From: Candidatus Omnitrophota bacterium
Lineage (GTDB): Bacteria > Omnitrophota > Gorgyraeia > Zapsychrales > Zapsychraceae
Direction: 5' to 3'
Length of the DNA stretch: 38,702 nucleotides
NCBI GenBank assembly: GCA_015233495.1
Contig: JADFXQ010000013.1
Coordinates: 1-38,702, forward strand
Position numbers and translations under genes: made by a program. Shown piece after piece: positions 12,801-24,800 of this stretch. The notes beneath the pieces are model-generated. The model was not told the DNA's origin. It searched no databases and saw only the letters and a list, made by a program, of their open reading frames with translations. Position 1 is the stretch's first letter. Each line of letters opens with the position of its first letter.

Positions 12801-15800
12801 ACCGATCTGTGCAGATTGCCGTGAATCACGCCGGCCCAATGTCTGGCAGGCCAGAACCGCCTCCAACGCGGCAAGCGGCCGTCCCAAGCCCAGCATGACA
12901 TCGATCTGCATGCCATAAAGTTGCACCCTGCCCGGATCGTTCACAATCAATTTTTTGAGCAAATCCAACGCGTCGTCGAATTTATTCCATAACATATAAA
13001 TCCGGCATAAATGCTCCAAAGCTAACGAAATATTAAATGAATAATAATTCCCTTCTGCAGCCTGAAAAAAGGTCAGCGCTTTTTTCAACCACATTTCCGC
13101 GGCCGCGTAATCACCCATATCGCAATAGACGGATTCCAACGACAACATGAGATTAGGATCATTGGGACGCTGCTGTTGTTCTGTTTGAACCAATATTAAC
13201 TTTTCGCTAATGGACCCCGTCAGCCGCATCTGTGTTTCATGTCCGGCCGTTGCACAAGCCTTATCCGGCTCCTTCGACGTTGATCCGCCTTGGTGGTTAT
13301 TCTGTTGAATGTTCTTGCGCGCCGGACTGGATGCGGCGCGTCCCCGTATTATCGGCGAGGACGCCCTGGGCAATTGGATAATGAACGATGTGCCGCATTT
13401 ATGCCGGGTATCGACGAGAATTTCCCCGCCGAGTCCCTGGATGATCCGTTGCGCCACGTCTGTGCCGAGGCCATGGCCGTCCTGGGATGTGGTAAATCCG
13501 GCGGTAAAAAATTCCGGCAGCATTTCCGCGGCACCCGGCGCTTTCGGGATCAGCCGCATATATTCCAACGCGATCCCCATCCCATTGTCGGAAATCATGA
13601 CGTGCACTTGTTTTGCGTCGGCCGCGGTAAACAATACGACTTTTTTGATTTTGGTCGCGCCGATAAACGCGTGCTTAAACGCGTTTAAAACCAGATTGTA
13701 AAACACCCGGAGCAACTGGACTCTGATTGCCATGACGAACGGTTGGGCCTCGGAATAAATTTCTACGATCTCGACAGTATGATCCCGCATACTTACCACC
13801 TGCGCCGCCTGGCTTAACAGTTGATTGATATCAATCGCTTCGGTTCGGATCAACCCGGACCGCAAGTCGGCGCCCGGCAGAATCGATCCGAAATACTGCA
13901 TGACCGCTTGAATATACCGCGCCGCCGCATAAGCTTGCGGGGCTTGCCGCATGAGCCGGCCCGACGTGGCCGTAAAATGCATCAGCATTTCTTCCACCGA
14001 TCCCAAGGCCATTTCCCAGACAGACAATGGGCGTTGGGTTTCACTGCCGCGGTTTCGTCCATACCGCGCCCCAAACAATATCGCGGCGGGTGACACCGGG
14101 TTGAACGGCTCCAGGATATCATTGTTGTATTTTAATTTTAAATAATCCGCGATCCGATCAACCACTCTGATAACCGCCTGGCCGCCTAATGTATCTCCGT
14201 AATATTCCGATTTTTCAATCTCCCCCTTCACACAACTCAACCAATTCCGAACATCATGCGTGACCCCGCTCCACTCCTTCTGCCACACATCCGCCTCATC
14301 CGCATCCGCCGGCGAGCTCGTCAGAGAATCCCTTGACACGTGCTCATCGCTGGTCGTCCACATATCGCTGCGGCCCCGCCGCCCCCATCCCGACGCCACC
14401 GAGCTGCTACCTCCGGATGTCTGCCTGCTTCGTCCTAAGACACGATCACAGTCAACACTGTATCGATAAGGGGGGATGAAACAAAATTCTCCGAAGGTCA
14501 CTGCGGCTGGATCGGGACTCCCTGACCTGACCTCAACTAACTTAAACCTGATCCCGCCCGTATCCGGGACCGGCCGCAATTGCGCCCACTTTAGGCCGTT
14601 ATTATGCCACCCTCGTCTGAGCGCTAACAGATCGCCGTTGGGAAGCGCGCCCAATTCTCCGTCATAAACAATCCCGGAATCATGAACCACGCGAACCGCG
14701 GCCTGCCCCATCTGCCGGCTCAAGGCTTGTAATTCCTGCATCAAAACGTTTATCTTATTCATCCAATCTTTAATTTCTACCAAGCGCGGGACATCGAAAG
14801 CGGACGCTAATAAATAGCGTTGTTCTCCGCCTTTGGGCTTGCGGAACAATATGCCTAAAGCAACTTGTCTTTGCATATCGTTTCTTAAAGGGAAAAATGC
14901 ATCCAACAATTTTCGATATCGCGTAAATGTCATAAAATCATACCGCGCCAATTCCAACAGCCGCACGACGACCTCGTCCTGACCTTGTTCCATGCAACGA
15001 ACCAACATCTCCTGAAAATTCTCGCAATGACCCGCCGGCGGCAAAGGGACCGCAGTGCGCATCCGCTGACGCGCCGCAGCCAAAACCGATGATAAAAGCG
15101 CCAGCATAGCGGGTTGGTTTTCCGGAAAAACAAAATTATTGCCCCTTAAACCTTCCACCGCTGACAGGTCCGATCGAGCGGGAACGAAAATCCTCCCCGG
15201 GTTCCCCGGCTTGACCGCTCCGGGTAACGGCAGTCCTTCCATATGGGAAAATTCACAACGATAATCAGCCTGCATCGACAAACCTGTTTCATATCCATTG
15301 GCCAAAGCAGCGACATAGGAACCGGGAAATTCGTCCGCGAACCGCTCCCGCTTCACGTTGAGCGAAGACAGCGGCGAAGCAGCAGAACGCCGGTCTTCCG
15401 AAGGCGATAGCGCTCTTTGGAATTCAGCTAAAATGGCCCCATGCATATCCCGCGCAACAACGCCCTGACTGACGAGATTGAGTTCCTCGTTGACTTTTCG
15501 ATACATAAAATAAAAACTTTCGCAGACGTCAATTGGAGAATAGCTGTGGATTATCGGAAAAGCCCAATCCTGTCTTCCGGAATAGGTTTGTCCCGGGGTT
15601 TCTCGGGAAGGAAATACACGATAGAAATGTTCTTCCGAACCGATTGCATCAGACTGAGACATCTCTTCATCATCGTATAAATGCTGTATCAAGCTGGAAG
15701 CATTGTGTTCCGCTGGCAATGTTTGCTCGGAATCACGGGATTGCAAGGCAAGCCCTGCCGGTCGTGACACCGGGCTTGCAGATCGGGGATTGCCGGTCAA

Positions 15801-18800
15801 CTTCTCGAGCAGAGCCCGGGACCGGGTCTGCAGGTCCTCATCCGGTCCCTCCAAAACTTTTTGCAAACACGTAACCGCCTCATCCCGCAGCGTATTAACA
15901 TCAACGCCTTTTGGGGGGCAGGTGGCTCGCCGCATGAGAAGGACATTTCCTAAAAGCCACCAGGCTGCCGTAAGCGGCTCCTCGAATTGATCGACGTGCG
16001 CGCGCAAATGATATTCCGCGCTCCTCAATAAAGATTCTTCCGCGGCCGGATCTTGTATGGATAAATGAAACTCCAGCCTTCCTAAAATCAGGTGGATCCC
16101 GGTTTTCATGTGTTCGGACTCCGCCAACCAAGAGGCCATCTCATAAAGATTGCGCAGGCAATATAAATATCCCGGTCCGACGGACAATTGATTCCGTCGC
16201 TGCATCGCCACTTCGGCCAGACATTTCGTTAAACAATAAAAATATTCAAAATCCGCGCCGCTCTGCCGCAAAATGTGCGCCAGGTCTGTGTCTGTTTCCA
16301 CGCCATAACGATCCTGAAGTTCGCGGACCAGCGCCGAAAAATGCCGCTGATTGAACGCGCTCACAATGTCCGTGAACGGGTCAATCAATCCCAAATCCTG
16401 CGCGGCCCGGTTGAAATATTCCCGCGCTTCCGTCGCGCGTCCGCAATACCAATGCGCCAGCCCCAATTGGATATTAAAATCACCCGGCGCCTCCACATCT
16501 CTCTCGTTGCGCAAAAATATATTGCGGGCCGCCGCGAGATGCTCGTACGCCGCTTCGCGTTCACTCGCCGCTGAACCATTGTGGCTATCCCGTCGGGATT
16601 CCCGTAAAATGCGCGCCTTCGCCATAAAATAATGCGCAAACCCTTGAAAAATGTCTTCCTCCGGGCTTTCTGCAAAGTCCAACGTGAGTCTCGCCCATTG
16701 ATCAGCGGCTTGCCAATCACCTCTCTTTAAATAAACCGCGGCTTCCGCTAAATCAAAAATCATGTTTGTTAATTGGTCCTGACCACCACATGCCAACACT
16801 CTGCCCCGGCCGAAATAATGAATCAGATGTTCCGGCAATAAACCACTGGCCTCAAATGCCACAGCCAGCGCCGCGTCCAGCATGATCCCGGCAAGATCCG
16901 CGTCGGTAAATTCGAATGCCGGAATAATGGTAAAAATTATTTGTTGTTCCGAGTGAGAAATTTCGACGGCGCGCACCTGAAACATTGAGAATCCTTCGCT
17001 GGCCGCAGCCTTGAACTGTAATTGAAATATCGTGACCCATAAGCCCTCGTCGGCGCAAACAAAGACCATCGACCTTAAAATATCAGCTAAAGCGGGTAAA
17101 CCCATCCCTTCTATTTGGCAGGCCCACGCATCTTGGCACTTTCTCATTCCCGGCGATGGCGGAATACCATTCCCGTGCAGCGCAACCGCCACTTTCAATT
17201 GGAGAATCTCATCCGGGTCTAACCGTCGATTAGCAATAATCAGCGGCTGGCGATTGTCCGCCGGGCTGGATGCGCCGCGCGGGAACACATTTAAAATAAT
17301 GGGCGAGGCCGCGGCTTTGTTTATGGCCGTTGCTAGATCGACAGCGCGGAACTTGGCAATCCTCGTCGGATACCGTTCTTGCAAACGATCTAAATTCGAA
17401 TATCCGTCCTGATTATGCAAATCATGCGCTTCCCGAGATCTCAACACCGCTGCCGCAATCCGCGATCCTGCCGACGAGGCCCGGACTGTTTCGAGCGTCC
17501 CATGCCGCAATCCGGTTTCGATCGGACTGCCAGACGAAAGACTTGATATAAATAAACCAACGGGCCCGCCTCGCTGTGTGGACCTGGGTGTCCGGCCGCT
17601 GATGTCGGACCATTGAGAAACGCGCCTCAAGAGACCTCCTCCAAGTTGACATGACAAAAAGGCGCTTTGCGCGGGGCCGGCGCGATAAGGCAAGCCCGTT
17701 GGTTTATTGTTAATCTTGTAGGGGCGCCCCTCGTGGGCGCCCGTAGTCGCCGCGTTTTGAATCGGCGAGGAGACCGCGTCCAAAACTGCGCGCCTGGCAT
17801 TCGGGCCATCCGCGCTGGGGATGATCTTGATGCTGCGCGGAATTTCTAACGGCTTGGGAACAGCGCCGAGCTTACTTAAATAATGCTCTTCATAAATCCG
17901 GGGCGCGGCTGATCGTATTTGGGTCTTATATGTATTCCTCCTCCCTGATCGGGACAATTTGATCAATCGATCTTTCAATCGCCTCCGGGCCAAATAATGC
18001 GGGTCTACGCTTTCAATATACTTTAATTCTTGTTGCTCCTGGATCACCAGCATTTGTTCATCATACCCCAAGGTCTGCACGCATCCCGATTCCATCAAAT
18101 CCTCGTCGGATTTAAAAGACATCACCCGCGCCAATAATGCCCCGTATTCAAGATCAACTTCGTCTAAGATCCCCGCTCGCATATCTCTTTGATGCCAAAT
18201 TTCATGGTGAATTGTTTCCCCTTCCCCCGGAGTCAAATATTTCGGGCATTGAGCGGTTGCCAGCAATCTTTGCTTGATTTCAAAACCTGCGTTGGGTTCG
18301 GGAGTGACAATCATCAGGCGGGAATTTTGAGCAGATGCCATGCCGTATTCAGCGCTTGGGCCCGGCGGGCTTTTGTTAAAAATACTCAAAATTCCCGTGC
18401 CCGGAAGAACAACATCATTTTCAATAATCAATCTCCACGGCGTGTCCACGCATGCCTTATAAGCGTTGTTCGCCGCGGCAATATCCCCGAATAATAATCC
18501 GTCCGGCCAAACCGGCTCGGCCAAAACTTCCGCGATGTCCCGGTGGCCGCGGCCGATCCGGGTGATTTGGGGCGATGTCTTCCCTAATAAACGGCTGACC
18601 GCCATAGCGTTGGCCCGGATTTTTTCCAATTTTGCCGCATCCGGCGCGATCACCAATCCGCCATCCGTCATGATCAAAATTCCGCGCGGCGTCTCAAACA
18701 CCCGCATATGGCTGATCAATTGGTCCCCCACCTTTAATCCGCCGTCCATCCCAGCCCGCATCAATGTCCCCGTCGCGGTCGTGCCTTTTAAAATCAAAAT

Positions 18801-21800
18801 CGGTTCTGCCGGCCGCTCGGCCGCATATTTGATACCGAGCGATAAAGCCGCGGTCTCATCCTCGACGTCCAATATTTCCGGCTGCGCCGCCTGCAAGGCC
18901 AACAACTGCTGTGCCTCGATCATTCCTTCGATGACGTGACGCTTCCCAGTCAAAACCGCGCGGACGCGCTGACCCATTTCCGCGATCAGCATATTCAAAG
19001 CTTCTAAAGCATCCGGCGATTCGGCTGCCGGCACAACAATCGTAACCAACCGGGAATCCGCCTTGACCGCCGCGGACATTTCTGAAAAAGCGCGAATCTG
19101 CGGGACGCCCACCGGCGAGGACGCCAGGACTATATCTTTTGCCAAACACGAATCAAAAGCATCTTTGACGCTTCGACGACTTCTATTTAATTTGACATTA
19201 ACTCCGAAAACGGGTATATATTGTATTGAAGACGCAAAACTACGAAAGGGCGGTGTTTTCTTATGCTGACAAATTACATTACTTCTTCCCCGGCCATTTG
19301 CGGCGGCGACCCTGTATTTAAAGGCACGCGCATTCCGATCTATTTGGTGCTCGATCTGATCGAAGGCGGGCTGTCGATCCTGGAAATCAAAAAGCGTTAC
19401 TATCCGCAATTGTCGGAAAAGGCCATCCGAGCCGCGCTCCACTACGCAAGCGATATGATCAGAACTGCGGAATTTGTCCCCTTTCATACCGTCGAGGCTT
19501 AGCATGGAATTCATCCTCGATGAAAACATGCCGGTCGAGTTGATTTCCTGGCTTAATGAACAAGGCCATAAAGCAACCCGTGTCGTTCTGGGGTCGGACG
19601 ACGAAGCCGTCGCCGCTTTTGTTAAAGAGCGCAAAAATGTTCTTCTGACTCTGGACCGCCACTTCGCGAATACATTGAGATTCCCGCCCCAAAATTTCCC
19701 CGGTATCGTGCGACTAAAAATCCATCCCCCGTATATCCAAGACATCATATCTTCTCTCGATAAATTATTCCGTTCGTTCTCGCAACAGGAACAATTCAAA
19801 GGCAAGCTCCTCATTGTGGAAAAAGACGGGATTTTTCTCAAAGAATTTTGAGCGGAGCGAAGTGACGACGAAGTACCGCGCCCGGTCTGCGCGACCGACC
19901 ACCGCCGCAACAACCCCGTGTGTTTGGCCTGCATCCGCTGCACCAACTGCTCCAAAATCGCAGTCTCGCCCGGGTTCAAAATAACCGGCGAGGACGCCCT
20001 GGGCAATTGGATAATGAACGATGTGCCGCATTTATGCCGGGTATCGACGAGAATTTTCCCGCCGTGTTTCTGGATGATCCGATGCGCCACGTCTGTGCCG
20101 AGGCCCTGACCGTCCTGGCATGTGGTAAATCCGGCGGTAAAAAATTCCGGCAGCATTTCCGCGGCGCCCGGCGCTTTCGGCATAAGCCGCATATGTTCCA
20201 ACGCAATCCCCATCCCATTATCGGAAATCATGATGTGCACTTGTTTTGCGTCGGCCGCGGTAAACAATACGACTTTTTTGGCTTTGGTCGCGCCGGTAAA
20301 CGCGTGCTTAAACGCGTTTAAAACCAGATTGTAAAACACCCGGCGCAACTGGACTCGGATTGCCATGACTAATGGTTGGGCCTCGGAATATATTTCTACA
20401 ATCTCGACAGTATGATCCCGCATACTGACCACCTGCGCCACTTGGCTTAACAGTTGATTGATATCAACCGCTATCCGATCAACCAAGCCGAGAATCGCCT
20501 GGCCGCTTGGCGTTTTCCCGCGATCTTCCTGTCTTTCAATCCGTCCATTCAAACTCGTTAACCAACTCAGAATATCATGCTTCATCCCACGCCACTCTTC
20601 CTGCCACATATCCTTCTCATCCGCTTCTACCGGCGAGGAAGTATGCTTGTCGTCAAAATTTTTCAGTTGGCATGATTCGTTGCGGGGGTTCTTATGAATG
20701 GTCCGACTCCAGTCAATTTGTCCGTCGTTCAACTCGACAGGCAAAATAGAAACCGACATGGCCCGTTCGCTTGGCGAAAACAGCCCCAAGTCATCACGCC
20801 AGGCCATCAGGATCAGACGCATGACCTCCCGGTGGGCGGGGGCAATCATCAACGGATTGGAGCAGCAATATCGTGACCGATAGGACGGGAGATTGCCGGT
20901 TTGGTCTTTTAAAAAATAATCGAAAACCGTCAGCAATAATTTATACCGCGCGGTCGCCGGATAGCTGACCGGATAAGCTAACATGGCCGCGACGCGGTCC
21001 GCGGCCGGCCGGCTGTTTTGGATCAGGCGGATTTCTTTAATAATAGCCGGACATTGCCCGGCGATTTTTCCCAAGGGTATCCCTTTAACAGCGTAGAAGA
21101 CAAAAATGACTGTTTTGACATATTCTATGGACCCTTCATCCAATCCCGTCAAATCCAAATCCTGAAACAGCTTGGTTAAACCGCAAACGGTTTCCGCCGT
21201 GAATCGATGTTGAGTAGCTGCGCCCATCAGATCATTCAAGGCATACGCGATAAAGTCATCGCCCAGAGATATGATCAAAAGATTGATCAACTGTTGTAAC
21301 ATCCGGGATTCATAGGCCTTCAGCAACATGGGAATCAATATCTCCGGATCAATGTCGCGGCTGATTCCGTTAGTTCTGCCCAACCGCAACCTGCCAAACA
21401 CCTGGGCCCGCGGATCAGGGACTGTCAGCAATGCCGCGGCCGCGTCGCGCGCCTCGTCGGAATTTTCGCTGTGCTGAGCGCACCAGATCAGACTCTCGAT
21501 CACTTGCGCTTCACGCGACCCGGCCCGCGCCAAAGCAATGGCCGCGTGCACGCCCCTGCCCTTTGTGTCAAACGATAATATTTCCCGCAAACGGTCCTCA
21601 CCCGCTTTCGCCGCGACCAGACATTCGACAGCCGCCAGCCGCCGGGCCCGGTCAGGACTTCCCAAATCGGTCAATACTGTTTCCGTGTCTGCGCCGATTA
21701 AACCGGATAAACGATTCGCAAATCCGTCTTCCGTCTCAATCACCCAACGGATAAATCGCGGCTGGGTCGTCATGATTTTCATATCCTGATGTCTCAAATC

Positions 21801-24800
21801 ATCAACCGCAATCGGTTCCGGCAGCCGATCACCTGTCCAGGTGATTCGCCAACCATTATTCTGATTCCCCAAAGCATAACCATACACATCCCGGCCGCTA
21901 TGCCGATAGCGGATCATCATCGGAGATTTTATGACGCGCTGGACGGTCATATCCCGAAAGGGCAGCGCGCCAGGATTTACGACAATGAACACTTTATTGT
22001 TATGCAGCAATCGCGCGTCTAAATAGGTTTCGCCGATTCCGGGGCCCAGCAAGGTAAGAACCGGAACAAATCCGGTTTCATTGATCGCGGTCAAAAGGCC
22101 CAGATGGATCCCCTTGTCCGTTCCCCACAACAACCAATCTCCGACGGACGGCATGATCCCTTGGCCATAAACCAACGGTCCGATCAATTCCAGGACACCG
22201 CCTTTCGCCAACGCGATCCGCCGCATCAAGCCCTCCCCCCCAGCGTCCGCGCCGGGCCGCTTCGGTTCAACCGGCGAGCTGGACGGGGGGCGCGGTGGAT
22301 TTTGGTCCCTGGTTGAATCTGCCGTATCGTCCGGGAACCGGGAGCGCAGAATCACGATGACGGCCTCGGATTTTTCCGGGACGCTCAACTGATATTGTCG
22401 GGCAATGTCCTTCAGCAACGCGATATGTTCCGACGGAGCCAAGTCCCAGGACACCATCATGGAAATACAGCGATCGATCAATGTCTCGCATTTTTGCCGA
22501 TCCCGTCCGGACAACCCTATCCGCGCCTCCAATATTTTGTGAACAATCGCGACGCGAAACGCCTTGCGGTCGTTTTCCGAGCTCTCCGCAATCCCGGCTA
22601 ATGATATCCATTCGCTTGATCCTTTGAGCCGGATCATCATGGCCATATTCTGACAATACGCTTCCAACGCTTCCGGCGGCAAATTCGGATAATCCAATTC
22701 CAACGCGATCCCAAAGGGATGAACACTCGCGGCCAGCCGCAGAAGTTGGCTGACATCAAATAGGGCGGGGTTTTCTACTCCCGCCTCGACAATCGCCACA
22801 GCCTGCACCTTGTCCCAAAACAAAAGGGGCTCACTGCCATGCGGGATATAACCTCCCGGCGTCCTCACCCCCATCACAAACGCGTCGCCCTTCAGGGAAA
22901 TCCTCTGAGGATTCAAGACAAAGTTTTTTATTCCGGTTTCGGAAGCCGTTTCCCCAGGAGCGGTCTCCCGATCAATCTGTCGCCGCAACACTCCGATGCC
23001 GGGCCAACGCCACTGTCGTAATCGCGCCGACAACCCGCCGAGAAAAACGCCGAATTTAATGATTTGCCGGGAAAACATGGCAAGCAGACCAAGCACAATC
23101 GCGAACATTGCCGCATAGATCCAATTGTCGTTAGACGAATCCGGCGGGATCGTCGGAGGCGGATTAATGTGGGTTGGCGGAGTCACCGGTTCGTGATTCG
23201 GCGCTGAGGCCGAACGCGGATGAGACTGCGCGGCAGACGTGGTTTTTCGCGACACGCTGTGACTCGGCCGCGCAATGATACGCACCCTTGCCTGATGTCC
23301 CATGGCTGGCAAACGCAATTTCATGCCAATGCGCAAATGGTTCGGATTTTTTAGATGATTGATTCTCTGAATTTTCCGAACCGCGCCCCGCGGCCCCCAC
23401 AAACTCGCTTCGGTCACCGATTGACCCGTCGCCTTCAAATAATTCCGGGAAATTTCTCCCAAGGTGTCTTCCGCCGGGACGCGCTCATTCCATTGCTCAA
23501 CAACCGCGAGACAGCGGCCTTGCTCATCCACCCTGAAATGATGGCCAAACACCGGCGAAAGCGACGTCAAAAATAAGAGTAATCCCAAAACCAATAACCG
23601 AATAAATGGTGTCAGATCTCGATATCTATATGAGGTATAATAAGTTATGAATATTTTCCAAATTCTCGCTATCCTTTTTCCCGCCATAATTAAAAACAAA
23701 AGAACACGCTCGACGAGTGATTTTGCAAAAATAGCCATAACATTATATCTGGCAATGCTTTGTTGAGATCTGACACCAATTATACGTATTATGATAGGCG
23801 AGGCGGCATTGTTACGATCAAAATGACCTTCTTCATCGGTTATTATCTCCGGGAAGCGTTCCGCTACGGATTTGCAGGCTAAGACAATTTCGGCTTCGAT
23901 CCGGCCGGGCTGGCCTATGGCGGCACTGCGCCAAACGATTTCAATGCCGCGATCGTCGTAACATCTCATTCCGGTTCCCCAATCTCGGCCGTCCCACGGG
24001 GCGCAGACAACAACATAACCGGCATATTCTTTTCCCAAATAAATCGAATTTTTCCGGCAAATCACATATCCTGTCGCATGGACCCGGACCGGCTCAATCA
24101 AGAGAGTCATTTTCGCCGAAGTGTCTTCTTTTTCGGCGAGAAGGACCTCGTGATAATAGACCCGAAATCCCTGGCGTTCGCCTTCCTGATAAGACCGGAT
24201 GTCCACGTTTTCTCCGACAAATAACTGGCCGATATTATGATATGTTCCGTATTGAAAGCATCCATTGCTTTGCACCGGCCGGCTCACTTGAGCTTTGAGC
24301 CGGGTCGTCTTGCCTGTCGCTGGCGCCTTGGCTGGAAAAATATTTTTACCGCGGGCCATAAAAAAATTATTTTTTGCCGGGTCATAATAAACCAGCATCC
24401 GGCCCGCGTCTTCCTCCGGCCGCGACCGGATCAAAACTTGGGTTTGCGAATTTTGACCCACATCATAAATCCACGTTCCCCGTCGCATCGCGCCGGTATC
24501 ATCCGTTGTGACGATTTGCAAATAATTTGTATATGCGCCAGCCGCGCCATCCCAGCGCCCAATTTCCGTATCTTTGAAATAAGCGCGAACCGCGCCTTCG
24601 CATTCCGGACAAAAACGGATTGTCCGGCCGGCCAAGGCCGCGGCAATAAAAATCTGCTGACCTTGCCATACGCCATATCCATTTGCGTCCGCGGTCACGC
24701 GGCGATATCGAGGCTCCGGACGCTGCGCGGGCATCGGTCTCACGCCGTAATATTTCGCTTTCACATCTTCCCGGTCGAGCAAGGCCGTCAACGCCGCCGC

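Noticed and set aside
18190..18215. HEIWH as a zinc metalloprotease active site
   Set aside because: It is an isolated HExxH in a short fragment with no supporting context that I can recognise.
13353..20465. Diversity-generating retroelement template/variable repeat pair
   Set aside because: No reverse transcriptase is present, and the differences between the kinase copies do not appear adenine-specific.
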